A stretch of 63,616 nt of DNA, the filler included, from Octopus bimaculoides (lineage: Eukaryota): assembly GCF_001194135.2 (NCBI RefSeq). It is 8 parts of 8 records of this genome, joined end to end, with 100 filler letters (N's around TTAATTAATTAA, not from the genome) between each part and the next. Parts side by side here need not be neighbours in the genome. Positions count along the whole stretch, not along the records: positions 23,650 to 33,450 come from NC_069006.1; positions 33,551 to 38,387 come from NW_026419250.1; 6 more parts are not named here. One strand, written 5' to 3'. A model generated the notes under the pieces. The model saw nothing but the letters and a program-made list of their open reading frames with translations. It did not search any database and was not told where the DNA came from. This document shows, in pieces, positions 24,041 through 37,173 of this stretch. Numbering within the stretch: the first letter of the stretch is position 1; every line of letters begins with the position of its first letter. Made by a program: the position numbers and the translations under genes.

Positions 24041-25165
24041 GTGTAATACTTGTGATTTGGAATTTAGGAGATGTTTTCTGCTTAGCGATCGGTGGTGGTG
24101 GTGGTGGCGGTATTGAGGTCGCTTACACATACTATCATTAAGCGTGTGATGTGTGCGGTGGCGAATAACAATATTAGTAATATTAGTCGTGGTGGTAGTG
24201 GTGGTGGTGTACTAGATATGTCGGGGTCAGTTTCATTGTAACATTATCTATCAGTGTTGATGGTCATCGTATATATATATATATATATATATATATANNN
24301 NNNNNNNNNNNNNNNNNNNNNNNNNNNNNNNNNNNNNNNNNNNNNNNNNNNNNNNNNNNNNNNNNNNNNNNNNNNNNNNNNNNNNNNNNNNNNNNNNNNN
24401 NNNNNNNNNNNNNNNNNNNNNNNNNNNNNNNNNNNNNNNNNNNNNNNNNNNNNNNNNNNNNNNNNNNNNNNNNNNNNNNNNNNNNNNNNNNNNNNNNNNN
24501 NNNNNNNNNNNNNNNNNNNNNNNNNNNNNNNNNNNNNNNNNNNNNNNNNNNNNNNNNNNNNNNNNNNNNNNNNNNNNNNNNNNNNNNNNNNNNNNNNNNN
24601 NNNNNNNNNNNNNNNNNNNNNNNNNNNNNNNNNNNNNNNNNNNNNNNNNNNNNNNNNNNNNNNNNNNNNNNNNNNNNNNNNNNNNNNNNNNNNNNNNNNN
24701 NNNNNNNNNNNNNNNNNNNNNNNNNNNNNNNNNNNNNNNNNNNNNNNNNNNNNNNNNNNNNNNNNNNNNNNNNNNNNNNNNNNNNNNNNNNNNNNNNNNN
24801 NNNNNNNNNNNNNNNNNNNNNNNNNNNNNNNNNNNNNNNNNNNNNNNNNNNNNNNNNNNNNNNNNNNNNNNNNNNNNNNNNNNNNNNNNNNNNNNNNNNN
24901 NNNNNNNNNNNNNNNNNNNNNNNNNNNNNNNNNNNNNNNNNNNNNNNNNNNNNNNNNNNNNNNNNNNNNNNNNNNNNNNNNNNNNNNNNNNNNNNNNNNN
25001 NNNNNNNNNNNNNNNNNNNNNNNNNNNNNNNNNNNNNNNNNNNNNNNNNNNNNNNNNNNNNNNNNNNNNNNNNNNNNNNNNNNNNNNNNNNNNNNNNNNN
25101 NNNNNNNNNNNNNNNNNNNNNNNNNNNNNNNNNNNNNNNNNNNNNNNNNNNNNNNNNNNNNNNNA

Positions 25166-25535
25166 TATAGGAGTAGCTGTGTGGTAAGTAGCTTGCTTAC
25201 CAACCACATGGTTGTGGGTTCAGTTCCACTGCGTGGAACTTTGGGCAAGTGTCTTCTACTATAGCCTCGGGCCGACCAAAGCCTTGTGAGTGGACTTAGT
25301 AGACGGAAACTGAAAGAAGCCCATCGTATATATGTATAAATATGTGTGTGTTTGTCTGTCTCGCTTGACAACCGATGCTGGTGTGTTTACGTCCCCGTAA
25401 CTTAGCGGTTCGGCAAAAAGAAATCGATAGAATAAGTACTAGGCTTACAAAGAATAAGTCATGGGGTCGATTTGCTCGACTAAAGGCGGTGCTCCTGCAT
25501 GGCCACTGTCAAATGACTGAAGCAAGTAAAAGACT
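25166..25535 (+). mobile_element. SINE family A, full length
   Basis: AGGAGTAGCTGTGTGGTAAGTAGCTTGCTTACCAACCACATGG..GGTTCAGTTCC..TTGGGCAAGTGTC core..tail GGCGGTGCTCC.GCATGGCCACTGTCAAATGACTGAAGCAAGTAAAAGA. Confidence 0.9.
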
Positions 25536-27334
25536 ATATGTGTGTATATATATATAGTGTGTGTATATACATATATATATATATATTGTGCGTGTGTAGG
25601 TATATATATATATATATTGTGTGCATATATGTATATATGTATATATATTGTGTGTATGTATATGTGTGTGTGTGTGTGTGTGTGTGCATATATAAAATAT
25701 TGTTTGTCTACATGCACAATGTATGCATATATATTATATACGTCTATATAATGTGTGTGTGTATAGGTATATACATGTATTTGTGTATATAATATTATAT
25801 ATAATTGAAATGAAAGGTTTGAAAACAACAAATTGTTAGAAATTAAGGTTTTGAAGGTTTCGAGTTGTTGTTTGAGTTACGGGGTTTCGTAAGAAGATAG
25901 GTGTGGTATGTCGGACAAAGGGTTTGGAGTAGGAAGAAGGGAAATTGTGTGTGTTTGTGTGTGTGTGTATGGTTGGCGATGTTGAATAAAGGGTTTGGTG
26001 GTGGTGGTGGTGGTGGTGGAGCATNNNNNNNNNNNNNNNNNNNNNNNNNNNNNNNNNNNNNNNNNNNNNNNNNNNNNNNNNNNNNNNNNNNNNNNNNNNN
26101 NNNNNNNNNNNNNNNNNNNNNNNNNNNNNNNNNNNNNNNNNNNNNNNNNNNNNNNNNNNNNNNNNNNNNNNNNNNNNNNNNNNNNNNNNNNNNNNNNNNN
26201 NNNNNNNNNNNNNNNNNNNNNNNNNNNNNNNNNNNNNNNNNNNNNNNNNNNNNNNNNNAAAATATTGGGATGATGATCTATGGAATGTGTAAGTTTAGAA
26301 AACTTAGCAGTTTTAGGTTTCCAAAGTGAAAGTAGCGAAATATAAAGAATTTATATGAAAACATTTTTTTTAGAAATTTGGTACACGTATATATGAAATA
26401 GTTCACGAAACAATGAAAATGGTGATGCTGTCATTGTCATTGTTGCTATTATTATTATTATTGTTGTTGTTGTTGTTGTTGTTAATATTATCATCGTTTC
26501 TAATATTAATATCACCATCATGATTTAGTTGTAATATAATTCTTATTATTGATAATAATGATAAAAATAACGATGATGATAATAATAATAATAATAATAA
26601 TAATATTAATATTAATAATAATGATATTAATATTAATAATAATGATATTAATAATAATAAAACCATAGTGCTGCGTCTCCGAAACGAAGCAACTGGAAAT
26701 ATGACAAAAGCCAAAATAAGCTGGAATATTTCGTATATGACGCATGACAAATTGTGAATCAATAAACTCCGGGTGGTCTGCCTGCGCTGACGTATTTAGA
26801 CCTCCATTTTCTTTTTGTCTATTTTCCTCCATTTTGTTTTTGTTTTAGTTTTTACATATTGTTATTTTCTTCTTCATCACCTCGCAATTTTTTCCCTTTT
26901 TTTTGTTTTCTTTCTTCTTTTGTATTTGTTTTATTTCCTCTTATTTTTCTCTATTTATTTATTTTTTTTTCCTTTTGGAATATTTTCTTTTTTATTGGTT
27001 TTTAAAACAGTTTCTGTCTCACCCCCAACCACCACCACCACCACGCACCTCCATATTTCTCTACCGTCGTTTTCATTGTTGTTGTTGTTGTTGTTGTTAT
27101 TGATGTTTTCGTATTGAACATTTTTATGAAGTGTTATATTATGTAATTTACATATTTCTTCATTATTGATGCTATCTGTGCTGTTATTGTGAAAGCTCTA
27201 ACAACAGTCTCTCTTTCTTTTCCTTTTTCCTTTCACCTCTTAAATCACCCCCTCCGCCAGGCCCCCACTTTCCACCATCCATTTTATTTTCCTTTCTTCA
27301 TCATCTTCTATACCTCTCTCATTTTCTACACCTT

Positions 27335-27384
<50 letters not shown>

Positions 27385-27803
27385 NNNNNNNNNNNNNNNN
27401 NNNNNNNNNNNNNNNNNNNNNNNNNNNNNNNNNNNNNNNNNNNNNNNNNNNNNNNNNNNNNNNNNNNNNNNNNNNNNNNNNNNNNNNNNNNNNNNNNNNN
27501 NNNNNNNNNNNNNNNNNNNNNNNNNNNNNNNNNNNNNNNNNNNNNNNNNNNNNNNNNNNNNNNNNNNNNNNNNNNNNNNNNNNNNNNNNNNNNNNNNNNN
27601 NNNNNNNNNNNNNNNNNNNNNNNNNNNNNNNNNNNNNNNNNNNNNNNNNNNNNNNNNNNNNNNNNNNNNNNNNNNNNNNNNNNNNNNNNNNNNNNNNNNN
27701 NNNNNNNNNNNNNNNNNNNNNNNNNNNNNNNNNNNNNNNNNNNNNNNNNNNNNNNNNNNNNNNNNNNNNNNNNNNNNNNNNNNNNNNNNNNNNNNNNNNN
27801 NNN

Positions 27804-27839
<36 letters not shown>

Positions 27840-27967
27840 CTCTCTCTATCCCCACCTATCTCTCTCTCTCATATCGTTTCTCTGGCTAACTTTCCCTCTT
27901 AAATTTCCAACACCTCTCTTATATTATCTATATGACTTCTCTCTCTCTCTTTCTCTCTCTCTCTCTT

Positions 27968-28042
<75 letters not shown>

Positions 28043-28253
28043 ATCTCTCTCTGTCTGTCTCTCTCTGTCTCTCTCTTTCCTCTCACTTCTCTCTATCACA
28101 CACATACACCTTCTCTTTTCTCTCTCTCTCTCTCTCATCTTTTATATTCTCTTCCTCTCTCACCTTCTCTTTTACCTACCTCACTCTCTTTTCTCTCCAC
28201 CTTCTCTCTCTCTCACACCTTCCATATTGCCTACCTCACTCCCTCTTCTCTCC

Positions 28254-28325
<72 letters not shown>

Positions 28326-28709
28326 GCTGCTACAGAAACTTAATATTTTATTAAACACTGGTGTATTCACGTTATCTTCTGTATTTCTACGTTATATTTG
28401 CCAATCTAATTAGGTACCAATCTATTATTACTTGCCATTTTCTTTGTTCCAATAATCACTGATGTTCTTTTCCTTCATCCTCTTTCTTCTTCCTTTCATT
28501 ATTGCTATTTCTATTATTATTATTATTATTATTATCATTATTTGTTTACTTTATTTTTTCCATCCCTCTTTCCTATCTTCTTTGATCTCCCAAATCATAG
28601 CCTTATAGCTTGCAGTGAGCTACTCAATAACGGGGACGTTCTCGTCTAAAGGCAACGAATGTGCATATTTTCTCTTTCTCTCTCTCTTTCTCTCCCTTTC
28701 TGGTTCCTC

Positions 28710-28740
<31 letters not shown>

Positions 28741-29128
28741 GCATACATGCAATATACACAATTGTTATAGGCATGTTTATGCGTCTCCTTGCCCGAGAGA
28801 AAGCGGTCTTTAATTATAAAGCGATGTTGCTNNNNNNNNNNNNNNNNNNNNNNNNNNNNNNNNNNNNNNNNNNNNNNNNNNNNNNNNNNNNNNNNNNNNN
28901 NNNNNNNNNNNNNNNNNNNNNNNNNNNNNNNNNNNNNNNNNNNNNNNNNNNNNNNNNNNNNNNNNNNNNNNNNNNNNNNNNNNNNNNNNNNNNNNNNNNN
29001 NNNNNNCACACCTTCATCATCATCGTCATCATATTGTCAAATAAGCGGAAGAGAATTAGTATGAACCTAAAACTCGCTACTTCATCATTTTTATTGTTTT
29101 ATGGAAATTTTTCTTTCTGTTCTTACTC

Positions 29129-29162
<34 letters not shown>

Positions 29163-30905
29163 AACCGAACGCTTTCTCTCACCGATTCCTCCTTCGTTAC
29201 CCTGATTAAAAACGTGGAAGCAGCGCACGGGTGGGGGACTGGAGGTATTTGAAGAGTGCAGTACCGGTGTTATGCACTCTATACTTACACACATATGCAA
29301 ATACAAATTAGAATTGGATTTTAATTTACTCCGCCAATTCCTTCGTCTATGAGAGGTGAAAGTGGGCAGGTTATGTGAATTAGCTCGATATTTCGGTTGT
29401 AAATACGTGTGTATGTGTGGTGAGGTGCTTGGGCGCACGCGTGGTATGATGATTATGGAAGACGGTTGCGCAAATCATGAAATACAGTGTTTGATTTTAT
29501 TGTGTGTCATCTTTGCAAGTTAAGTTTGAAGCGAAGTGATAAAATCTTTAGATCATCTACCGAAATACTTTGTGGTATTTCTTCGAGTCTNNNNNNNNNN
29601 CCCCCCGTTGACAATAACACCCCAAGGACAACATGATGATTTAAGACTTCTTAATATATTGGAGAGGGGGGTAATTAACCAAGTGGGGTGATTGTCCTAG
29701 GGGTTATTGCCATCTGAGCGAGTTCATATTCCATCACTGGTATCGAATTTGCCTCTCATCCTTTCAGGATGTTCGTAAATGACAAGAACCATTACAGCAT
29801 AATGGTTGGAATAGTGAAGATCTTTAGAACATTGCAGTATTTCTTCCAGCTATTTGCATTCGGAATGCAATCCAACCGTGGCCTGCACCAGCCGATTTTG
29901 AGGTGATGGAGTGGGTTCGTTCCCTGCAAACAATACAGTGTCGTTTTTTACATCCATGACACCGAAACGTATCTGTATATTATGTTCACCTTTCGAAGCG
30001 ATGACGATTATCCAATCATATTTAAATATGACTAATAACTTGCGTAATGAAGAGGTTTTTACGCAATGCCAATCTCATTTCTTGGTCTATGACTATCTTA
30101 AAATCCGCTGACAAAACCAGGTCAAGACAACTTGGGATGCGGATGGCCAAGATGCTTATTTGCCTCGTCTTACTCTCTGTGTTGCTGCAGCTGCCCTCCC
30201 CTCCGTTGAACCATGGAAGTTCCCTCTGCAGAGTCCGCCCGATCCAGTTTACACATGCACAGATAAATAAGTCCTAATATGCTTCTGTATTGATATAAAC
30301 CGTGGCTTGTTAGTTTCCGTGGCTGGTTTGGTTTGGAAATCCTAATGTGAAAATCGTTTGGAGAGGAGAGTTTATTTCTGTTTGGTAGGGCTCACCCTTA
30401 CTTTCATTGCACCCACGCACAAAGCCCTGCAATTTTAGCGTAAAATATTCGTTCATTACTTTCAAAGCAGGGTGTTGGTGACCTTTGAATTTGTCAGTCA
30501 CCGTTTATACAGAAAGGTTTGTTTAAAACACAAATCTTTGTAATGTAATGTGTATTCATGTATACATATCTAATTTATGTTAGTGTTCATACAAATGTAT
30601 GTGTGCGTCTGTCGTCGTCGTCGTCGTGTTAAACGAATGGTGAACCACATTCGCAACTCGCAGGAAAAAAAAAAGTTGTCAACGTAAATATAATTCTCCA
30701 TTGTTATCTACCAAACGATTTATTTTTCTTTCTTTGCAATTTCACTCGTTGAATTCGCGCAACAACAACAACAACAACAGTTCTGTTCATGGTCTCATCT
30801 CACCTTGATTCTTATTCAACCTCTAGATTTCTATTTTGGTTGTCACTGTAGTCGCTGCTGTTGTTATTGTTACGCTGCTTTTATTTCGAAATTTGTGTGC
30901 GCAAA

Positions 30906-30960
<55 letters not shown>

Positions 30961-31889
30961 NNNNNNNNNNNNNNNNNNNNNNNNNNNNNNNNNNNNNNNN
31001 NNNNNNNNNNNNNNNNNNNNNNNNNNNNNNNNNNNNNNNNNNNNNNNNNNNNNNNNNNNNNNNNNNNNNNNNNNNNNNNNNNNNNNNNNNNNNNNNNNNN
31101 NNNNNNNNNNNNNNNNNNNNNNNNNNNNNNNNNNNNNNNNNNNNNNNNNNNNNNNNNNNNNNNNNNNNNNNNNNNNNNNNNNNNNNNNNNNNNNNNNNNN
31201 NNNNNNNNNNNNNNNNNNNNNNNNNNNNNNNNNNNNNNNNNNNNNNNNNNNNNNNNNNNNNNNNNNNNNNNNNNNNNNNNNNNNNNNNNNNNNNNNNNNN
31301 NNNNNNNNNNNNNNNNNNNNNNNNNNNNNNNNNNNNNNNNNNNNNNNNNNNNNNNNNNNNNNNNNNNNNNNNNNNNNNNNNNNNNNNNNNNNNNNNNNNN
31401 NNNNNNNNNNNNNNNNNNNNNNNNNNNNNNNNNNNNNNNNNNNNNNNNNNNNNNNNNNNNNNNNNNNNNNNNNNNNNNNNNNNNNNNNNNNNNNNNNNNN
31501 NNNNNNNNNNNNNNNNNNNNNNNNNNNNNNNNNNNNNNNNNNNNNNNNNNNNNNNNNNNNNNNNNNNNNNNNNNNNNNNNNNNNNNNNNNNNNNNNNNNN
31601 NNNNNNNNNNNNNNNNNNNNNNNNNNNNNNNNNNNNNNNNNNNNNNNNNNNNNNNNNNNNNNNNNNNNNNNNNNNNNNNNNNNNNNNNNNNNNNNNNNNN
31701 NNNNNNNNNNNNNNNNNNNNNNNNNNNNNNNNNNNNNNNNNNNNNNNNNNNNNNNNNNNNNNNNNNNNNNNNNNNNNNNNNNNNNNNNNNTTAGAAACTG
31801 AATCAGTGAAAGAGTTAAAGAGAAAGAAAGAAAAATTTCCTCTTCTGTGAACGTTTCTTTTTTTCCCCTTTCTTTTTCTTCTCCTAATC

Positions 31890-32400
31890 ATCAACATGGA
31901 CAGCAACATCATCATTGTCTTTCCCCTTCAAGCCTTAGTTTTTATTTCATCATCATCATCATCATCACCTTCAAATCTCACATCATCCTTATCACGATCA
32001 TGGTCGCTGTCGTTGTTGGTATCATCATCATCATCGTCATCATCATCATCGTCATCATCATCATCGTCATCATCATCGTCGTCATCATCATCACAATCAT
32101 CATCATCATCGTAGTTGTTGTCGTCGTCGTCATCACCGCCATCGTTGTCGTTTACAAATCTCACATCATCATCATCATCATCATCGTGGCCGTCGTCATC
32201 GTCGTCATCGCTATCCTTGTTGGCGTCGTCGCTAACATCATCATCATCATCGTCGTCGTCGTCGTCATCGTTGTCATCGTCGTCGTCCTCCTCTTCCTCT
32301 TCATCATTGCAACTGCTGCCGTTGTCGTCGTCATCATTACCACTACCGCTGTCATTCCCTTCAATCGTCGTCATCATCATCCTCATCATCCTCATTCTTT
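31890..32400. repeat. (CAT)n/(CGT)n degenerate trinucleotide block
   Basis: Direct reading. Confidence 0.9.
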
Positions 32401-32883
32401 TCCTCTCATCCTTCCCTATCACGTTTCTGTAACATCCAATCCATCCTCATCAATCCATTCATAATTCTCCCTCTCTCTCTCTCTCTCTCTCTTTCCCTAT
32501 CTCACTCTCTCACACATACATCCCCTCCCCTTCTATTTCGTTCTTTCCTCTGCCCTCTCCCCCACCTCTTCCCTTCCTCCTGTCTTCATACGACGGCCAC
32601 ATTTTACGAAAAACTGTCAGCTGTTACTGATTTCTAGAAAACAAAAACACGGCTGTGGTGATGGTATGGGTTATTGTCGTGGCAGTGGTAGCAAAAGTAA
32701 CGGCTGTAGTGGAAGTAGTAAAGATATTTATTGACGATGTGATATTGGAAATTGTGGTAGTTGTGAGGGTAGATATTGTGATGTTGTGGCTGTGATTTGT
32801 GATAATAGTAGCTCTAGTTGTTGTAGCAGTTACGGTTGTCGTGTTTTGTAGTGGTTGATGTTGCTGTGGTTGTGATAGTAATG

Positions 32884-32914
<31 letters not shown>

Positions 32915-33880
32915 CGGTCGCTTACATTGTAATTTTTGTAAAATAGTAGTAGTAGTTGTTTTAGTATTAGCGGTGGTAAAGAAGCATAGTGATGATTGTT
33001 GTTGTGGTCGTAGTACTGAGTGGTAGCTATTGTTGTTATGGTTATAGTAGCGGCTGTAGTAGTATCAGCACAGCGTATTTTATTTAGATTTAGTTTGCAT
33101 ACAACCTATTTAATCTGTGTACGTCTTTTTAAAGATGTGATATGAAAGAGGATTTGGTTGCTATTTCTAGTAAGTTATGCGACCACGTAGGAGCATTTTA
33201 GGAGTTTGGTTCTGGTGCTCGCCGCGATTGTAACATTGTCGCTATGTGGGAAGTTACTGTAGAGACTGGCAAAGGATGTTAAATAACGTAGCTACGACGT
33301 CAGCAATGGTTCGAATTAACATAGGAAGTTAGACGCGTTTTTTAAAAAATTCCCATCGTACATTTTCTAATACAAAATCAGTTTTTCTAACATAGGATTT
33401 GCGTGTTCTCTGAGACAATAACGGAATATATGGAAGACAAAGGACTGGAGNNNNNNNNNNNNNNNNNNNNNNNNNNNNNNNNNNNNNNNNNNNNTTAATT
33501 AATTAANNNNNNNNNNNNNNNNNNNNNNNNNNNNNNNNNNNNNNNNNNNNATATATTAATAATAATAATAATATGACAACAAAAGAATGAATGACACCTC
33601 GATATATAAATATGTATATATATATATATACATATGTGTCTGTGTGTATATAAGTGTGTATATATATATATTTAGTTACATATATTTATACATACATACA
33701 AGCACACACACACACACACACACACACATGCACACACCACACATACTCACAGGGGTTTACCGGGAGAGAAAGAAAGGGTTAATGAGGAGCTGGGGGAGTG
33801 AGTTAGAGAAAGTAGACAAGTCAAGGTAGATATTGCTAAAGTAAGTTGGGTCGAATGACTATGGTGTAAGGAATCAGGCC

Positions 33881-33911
<31 letters not shown>

Positions 33912-34108
33912 CTATATGTTGTACTTATGTATGTGTGTTTGTGTGTATGCGAATTAATATGAGCGTAAGTTTATTAGCATGTATAGTATAGATAGAAAGG
34001 GTGGGTAGGTAGATGGGTTCGGGACTATTTCACTGCAGATGCTTAGTCACACAGTCTCTCACACACACATCACCTATACTTCTACACACAAAAATATACA
34101 GTTATGTA

Positions 34109-34134
<26 letters not shown>

Positions 34135-34139
<5 letters not shown>

Positions 34140-34356
34140 TTTATTCTACTTGTTTCAGTCATTTGACAGTGACCATGCTGGAGCACCACTTTTAGCCGAA
34201 CGAATCGGCGCCGGGCCTTATTCTTTGTAAGCCTAGTACTTATTCTATCGGCCTTTTTGCCGAACCGCTACGTTATGGGGGACGTAAACACACCAACATA
34301 GGTGTCAAGCGATGGTGGGGTGGGGACAAACAAACCGCACAAATACATATACATAC

Positions 34357-34411
<55 letters not shown>

Positions 34412-34542
34412 NNNNNNNNNNNNNNNNNNNNNNNNNNNNNNNNNNNNNNNNNNNNNNNNNNNNNNNNNNNNNNNNNNNNNNNNNNNNNNNNNNNNNNNNN
34501 NNNNNNNNNNNNNNNNNNNNNNNNNNNNNNNNNNNNNNNNNN

Positions 34543-34577
<35 letters not shown>

Positions 34578-34693
34578 ATATATATATAGCTAAATAGAGT
34601 TAGCGGTTGAAATAACCGTCTAAGGGATAAGAATATCCGTTCTTACTACGGGTATCAATTACCTATGTTAACCCTGGGTATGGATATGCAAGC

Positions 34694-34731
<38 letters not shown>

Positions 34732-35103
34732 TTTATTCTACTTGTTTCAGTCATTTGACAGTGACCATGCTGGAGCACCACTTTTAGCCGAACGAATCGG
34801 CGCCGGGCCTTATTCTTTGTAAGCCTAGTACTTANNNNNNNNNNNNNNNNNNNNNNNNNNNNNNNNNNNNNNNNNNNNNNNNNNNNNNNNNNNNNNNNNN
34901 NNNNNNNNNNNNNNNNNNNNNNNNNNNNNNNNNNNNNNNNNNNNNNNNNNNNNNNNNNNNNNNNNNNNNNNNNNNNNNNNNNNNNNNNNNNNNNNNNNNN
35001 NNNNNNNNNNNNNNNNNNNNNNNNNNNNNNNNNNNNNNNNNNNNNNNNNNNNNNNNNNNNNNNNNNNNNNNNNNNNNNNNNNNNNNNNNNNNNNNNNNNN
35101 NNN

Positions 35104-35143
<40 letters not shown>

Positions 35144-35284
35144 GACGCCTACCAAATCCACTCAGAAAATAGTCGGCTCGAGGCTTAAATAGAAGACACT
35201 TGACGAAGGTGCCACGCAATGGGACTGAACCAGGAACCATGTGGTTGGGAAGCAAGCTTCTTAGCACACAATCACTCCTGCGCC

Positions 35285-35285
<1 letters not shown>
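34135..35285 (-). mobile_element. SINE family A pieces split by gaps (tail 34135-34345, duplicated tail 34725-34833, head 35145-35285)
   Basis: Reverse-complement matches to family A head and tail. Confidence 0.8.
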
Positions 35286-35315
<30 letters not shown>

Positions 35316-36488
35316 TTATATACATACACATACACACATATATATACATAGTATATGCACGTCACGCACACACACACACGCCTCTATTTTACGTCTGTCG
35401 TAGGAGCAAACGTGTGAGATCATGTTTAATAACGTGGGTTGATAGATATATAGCTGGTGTGTTTTGTTTGCTTGTTATTTTTGCTTTTAAGGAAGAGGTG
35501 GCGGGGTGCCCCTTCTTATCGACACAGGGCAAGAAAGGTCTGCGACACGTATGTGCATGTTTTGCTGATTGAATTTTTAAAAAAGTTCTCCCGTCAGCCT
35601 CACCTCACTTCCACTGCAACCCGACCTGCTTTCAACTTTAGGGTAACGTCACCTCCACCTATCTCCTGGGTAATTTATCGGGGATATACAGACATACGAA
35701 GACACATCCCAACCACACACGCACATACACACCCCACGTACACGCATATACACGTTTCTCTGTGTGTGAGTGAGAGTGTATGTGTGCGTATATATATANN
35801 NNNNNNNNNNNNNNNNNNNNNNNNNNNNNNNNNNNNNNNNNNNNNNNNNNNNNNNNNNNNNNNNNNNNNNNNNNNNNNNNNNNNNNNNNNNNNNNNNNNN
35901 NNNNNNNNNNNNNNNNNNNNNNNNNNNNNNNNNNNNNNNNNNNNNNNNNNNNNNNNNNNNNNNNNNNNNNNNNNNNNNNNNNNNNNNNNNNNNNNNNNNN
36001 NNNNNNNNNNNNNNNNNNNNNNNNNNNNNNNNNNNNNNNNNNNNNNNNNNNNNNNNNNNNNNNNNNNNNNNNNNNNNNNNNNNNNNNNNNNNNNNNNNNN
36101 NNNNNNNNNNNNNNNNNNNNNNNNNNNNNNNNNNNNNNNNNNNNNNNNNNNNNNNNNNNNNNNNNNNNNNNNNNNNNNNNNNNNNNNNNNNNNNNNNNNN
36201 NNNNNNNNNNNNNNNNNNNNNNNNNNNNNNNNNNNNNNNNNNNNNNNNNNNNNNNNNNNNNNNNNNNNNNNNNNNNNNNNNNNNNNNNNNNNNNNNNNNN
36301 NNNNNNNNNNNNNNNNNNNNNNNNNNNNNNNNNNNNNNNNNNNNNNNNNNNNNNNNNNNNNNNNNNNNNNNNNNNNNNNNNNNNNNNNNNNNNNNNNNNN
36401 NNNNNNNNNNNNNNNNNNNNNNNNNNNNNNNNNNNNNNNNNNNNNNNNNNNNNNNNNNNNNNNNNNNNTATATATATATATATATATT

Positions 36489-36680
36489 GCATATGGCCAT
36501 CATATCACGTTAAAATGCACCCATCCTCGTCTGATCAGCGAAGTTGAGCAACGTCGAGCCTAATTAGTAATTCGGTCCGTGAACGCTCGGGAAACATAGC
36601 TGCTGTAAGCATCTCACTTTTTGCAAGGCGGTGCCCGAGCAATGACCGCAGTCTGCTAACTGAAACAAGGAAAAAGATAA
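36489..36680 (+). mobile_element. 5S rRNA-derived sequence joined to the family A SINE 3' tail (candidate SINE3-type element)
   Basis: 36489-36611 aligns end to end with metazoan 5S rRNA (GGCCAT..ATCACGTT.AAA..CACC..TCCTCGTCTGATCA.CGAAGTTGAGCAACGTCGAGCC..TTAGTA.TT.G....GTGA.CGC..GGGAA.....G.TGCTGTAAGC). Then TCTCACTTTTTGC and AAGGCGGTGCCCGAGCAATGACCGCAGTCTGCTAACTGAAACAAGGAAAAAGA. Confidence 0.8.
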
Positions 36681-36989
36681 TATATATATGTATATATATT
36701 AGCGGTTGGAATAAATGTCTAAAGGATAAGAACATCCGTTATTACTACGGGTGTAAATTACCTATGTTAATCCTGGGCATAGGGTATGCAAGCACACTGC
36801 TCATAGGGTACAGGTAATTATAGAATAAACAAAAGTTTATCACGAATCAAATTTAAAACAAGCAGAAAATTGAGAAAACTTTTTGTTCAGATGCCTATTT
36901 TATCTTTTAACGGTCGCAGTGGAAATTTATGCTTGTATATAATTTCTTCAAGCGTTTCTAATTACTTGTCATGTATGTATGTATTATGT

Positions 36990-37135
36990 ATATATTTTTC
37001 TTCCCAACCATATGGTTTCAGGTTCAGTCCCGTCCCACTTCATGACATCTTGCACATTTTTGTCTTCTACTATGCCTCGGGTAAATCAAAGCCTTGTAAT
37101 GGAACTGGTAAACGGAAACTAAAAGAAATCCATCG

Positions 37136-37173
<38 letters not shown>

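Noticed and set aside
31847-33080. Long hydrophobic I/V or acidic D ORFs, apparently transmembrane or mucin-like
   Set aside because: Degenerate (CAT/CGT/GTA)n low-complexity DNA.
36489-36611. Functional 5S rRNA gene
   Set aside because: Many substitutions, a 3-nt insertion and a decayed Box C; not in a tandem array and fused to a SINE tail.
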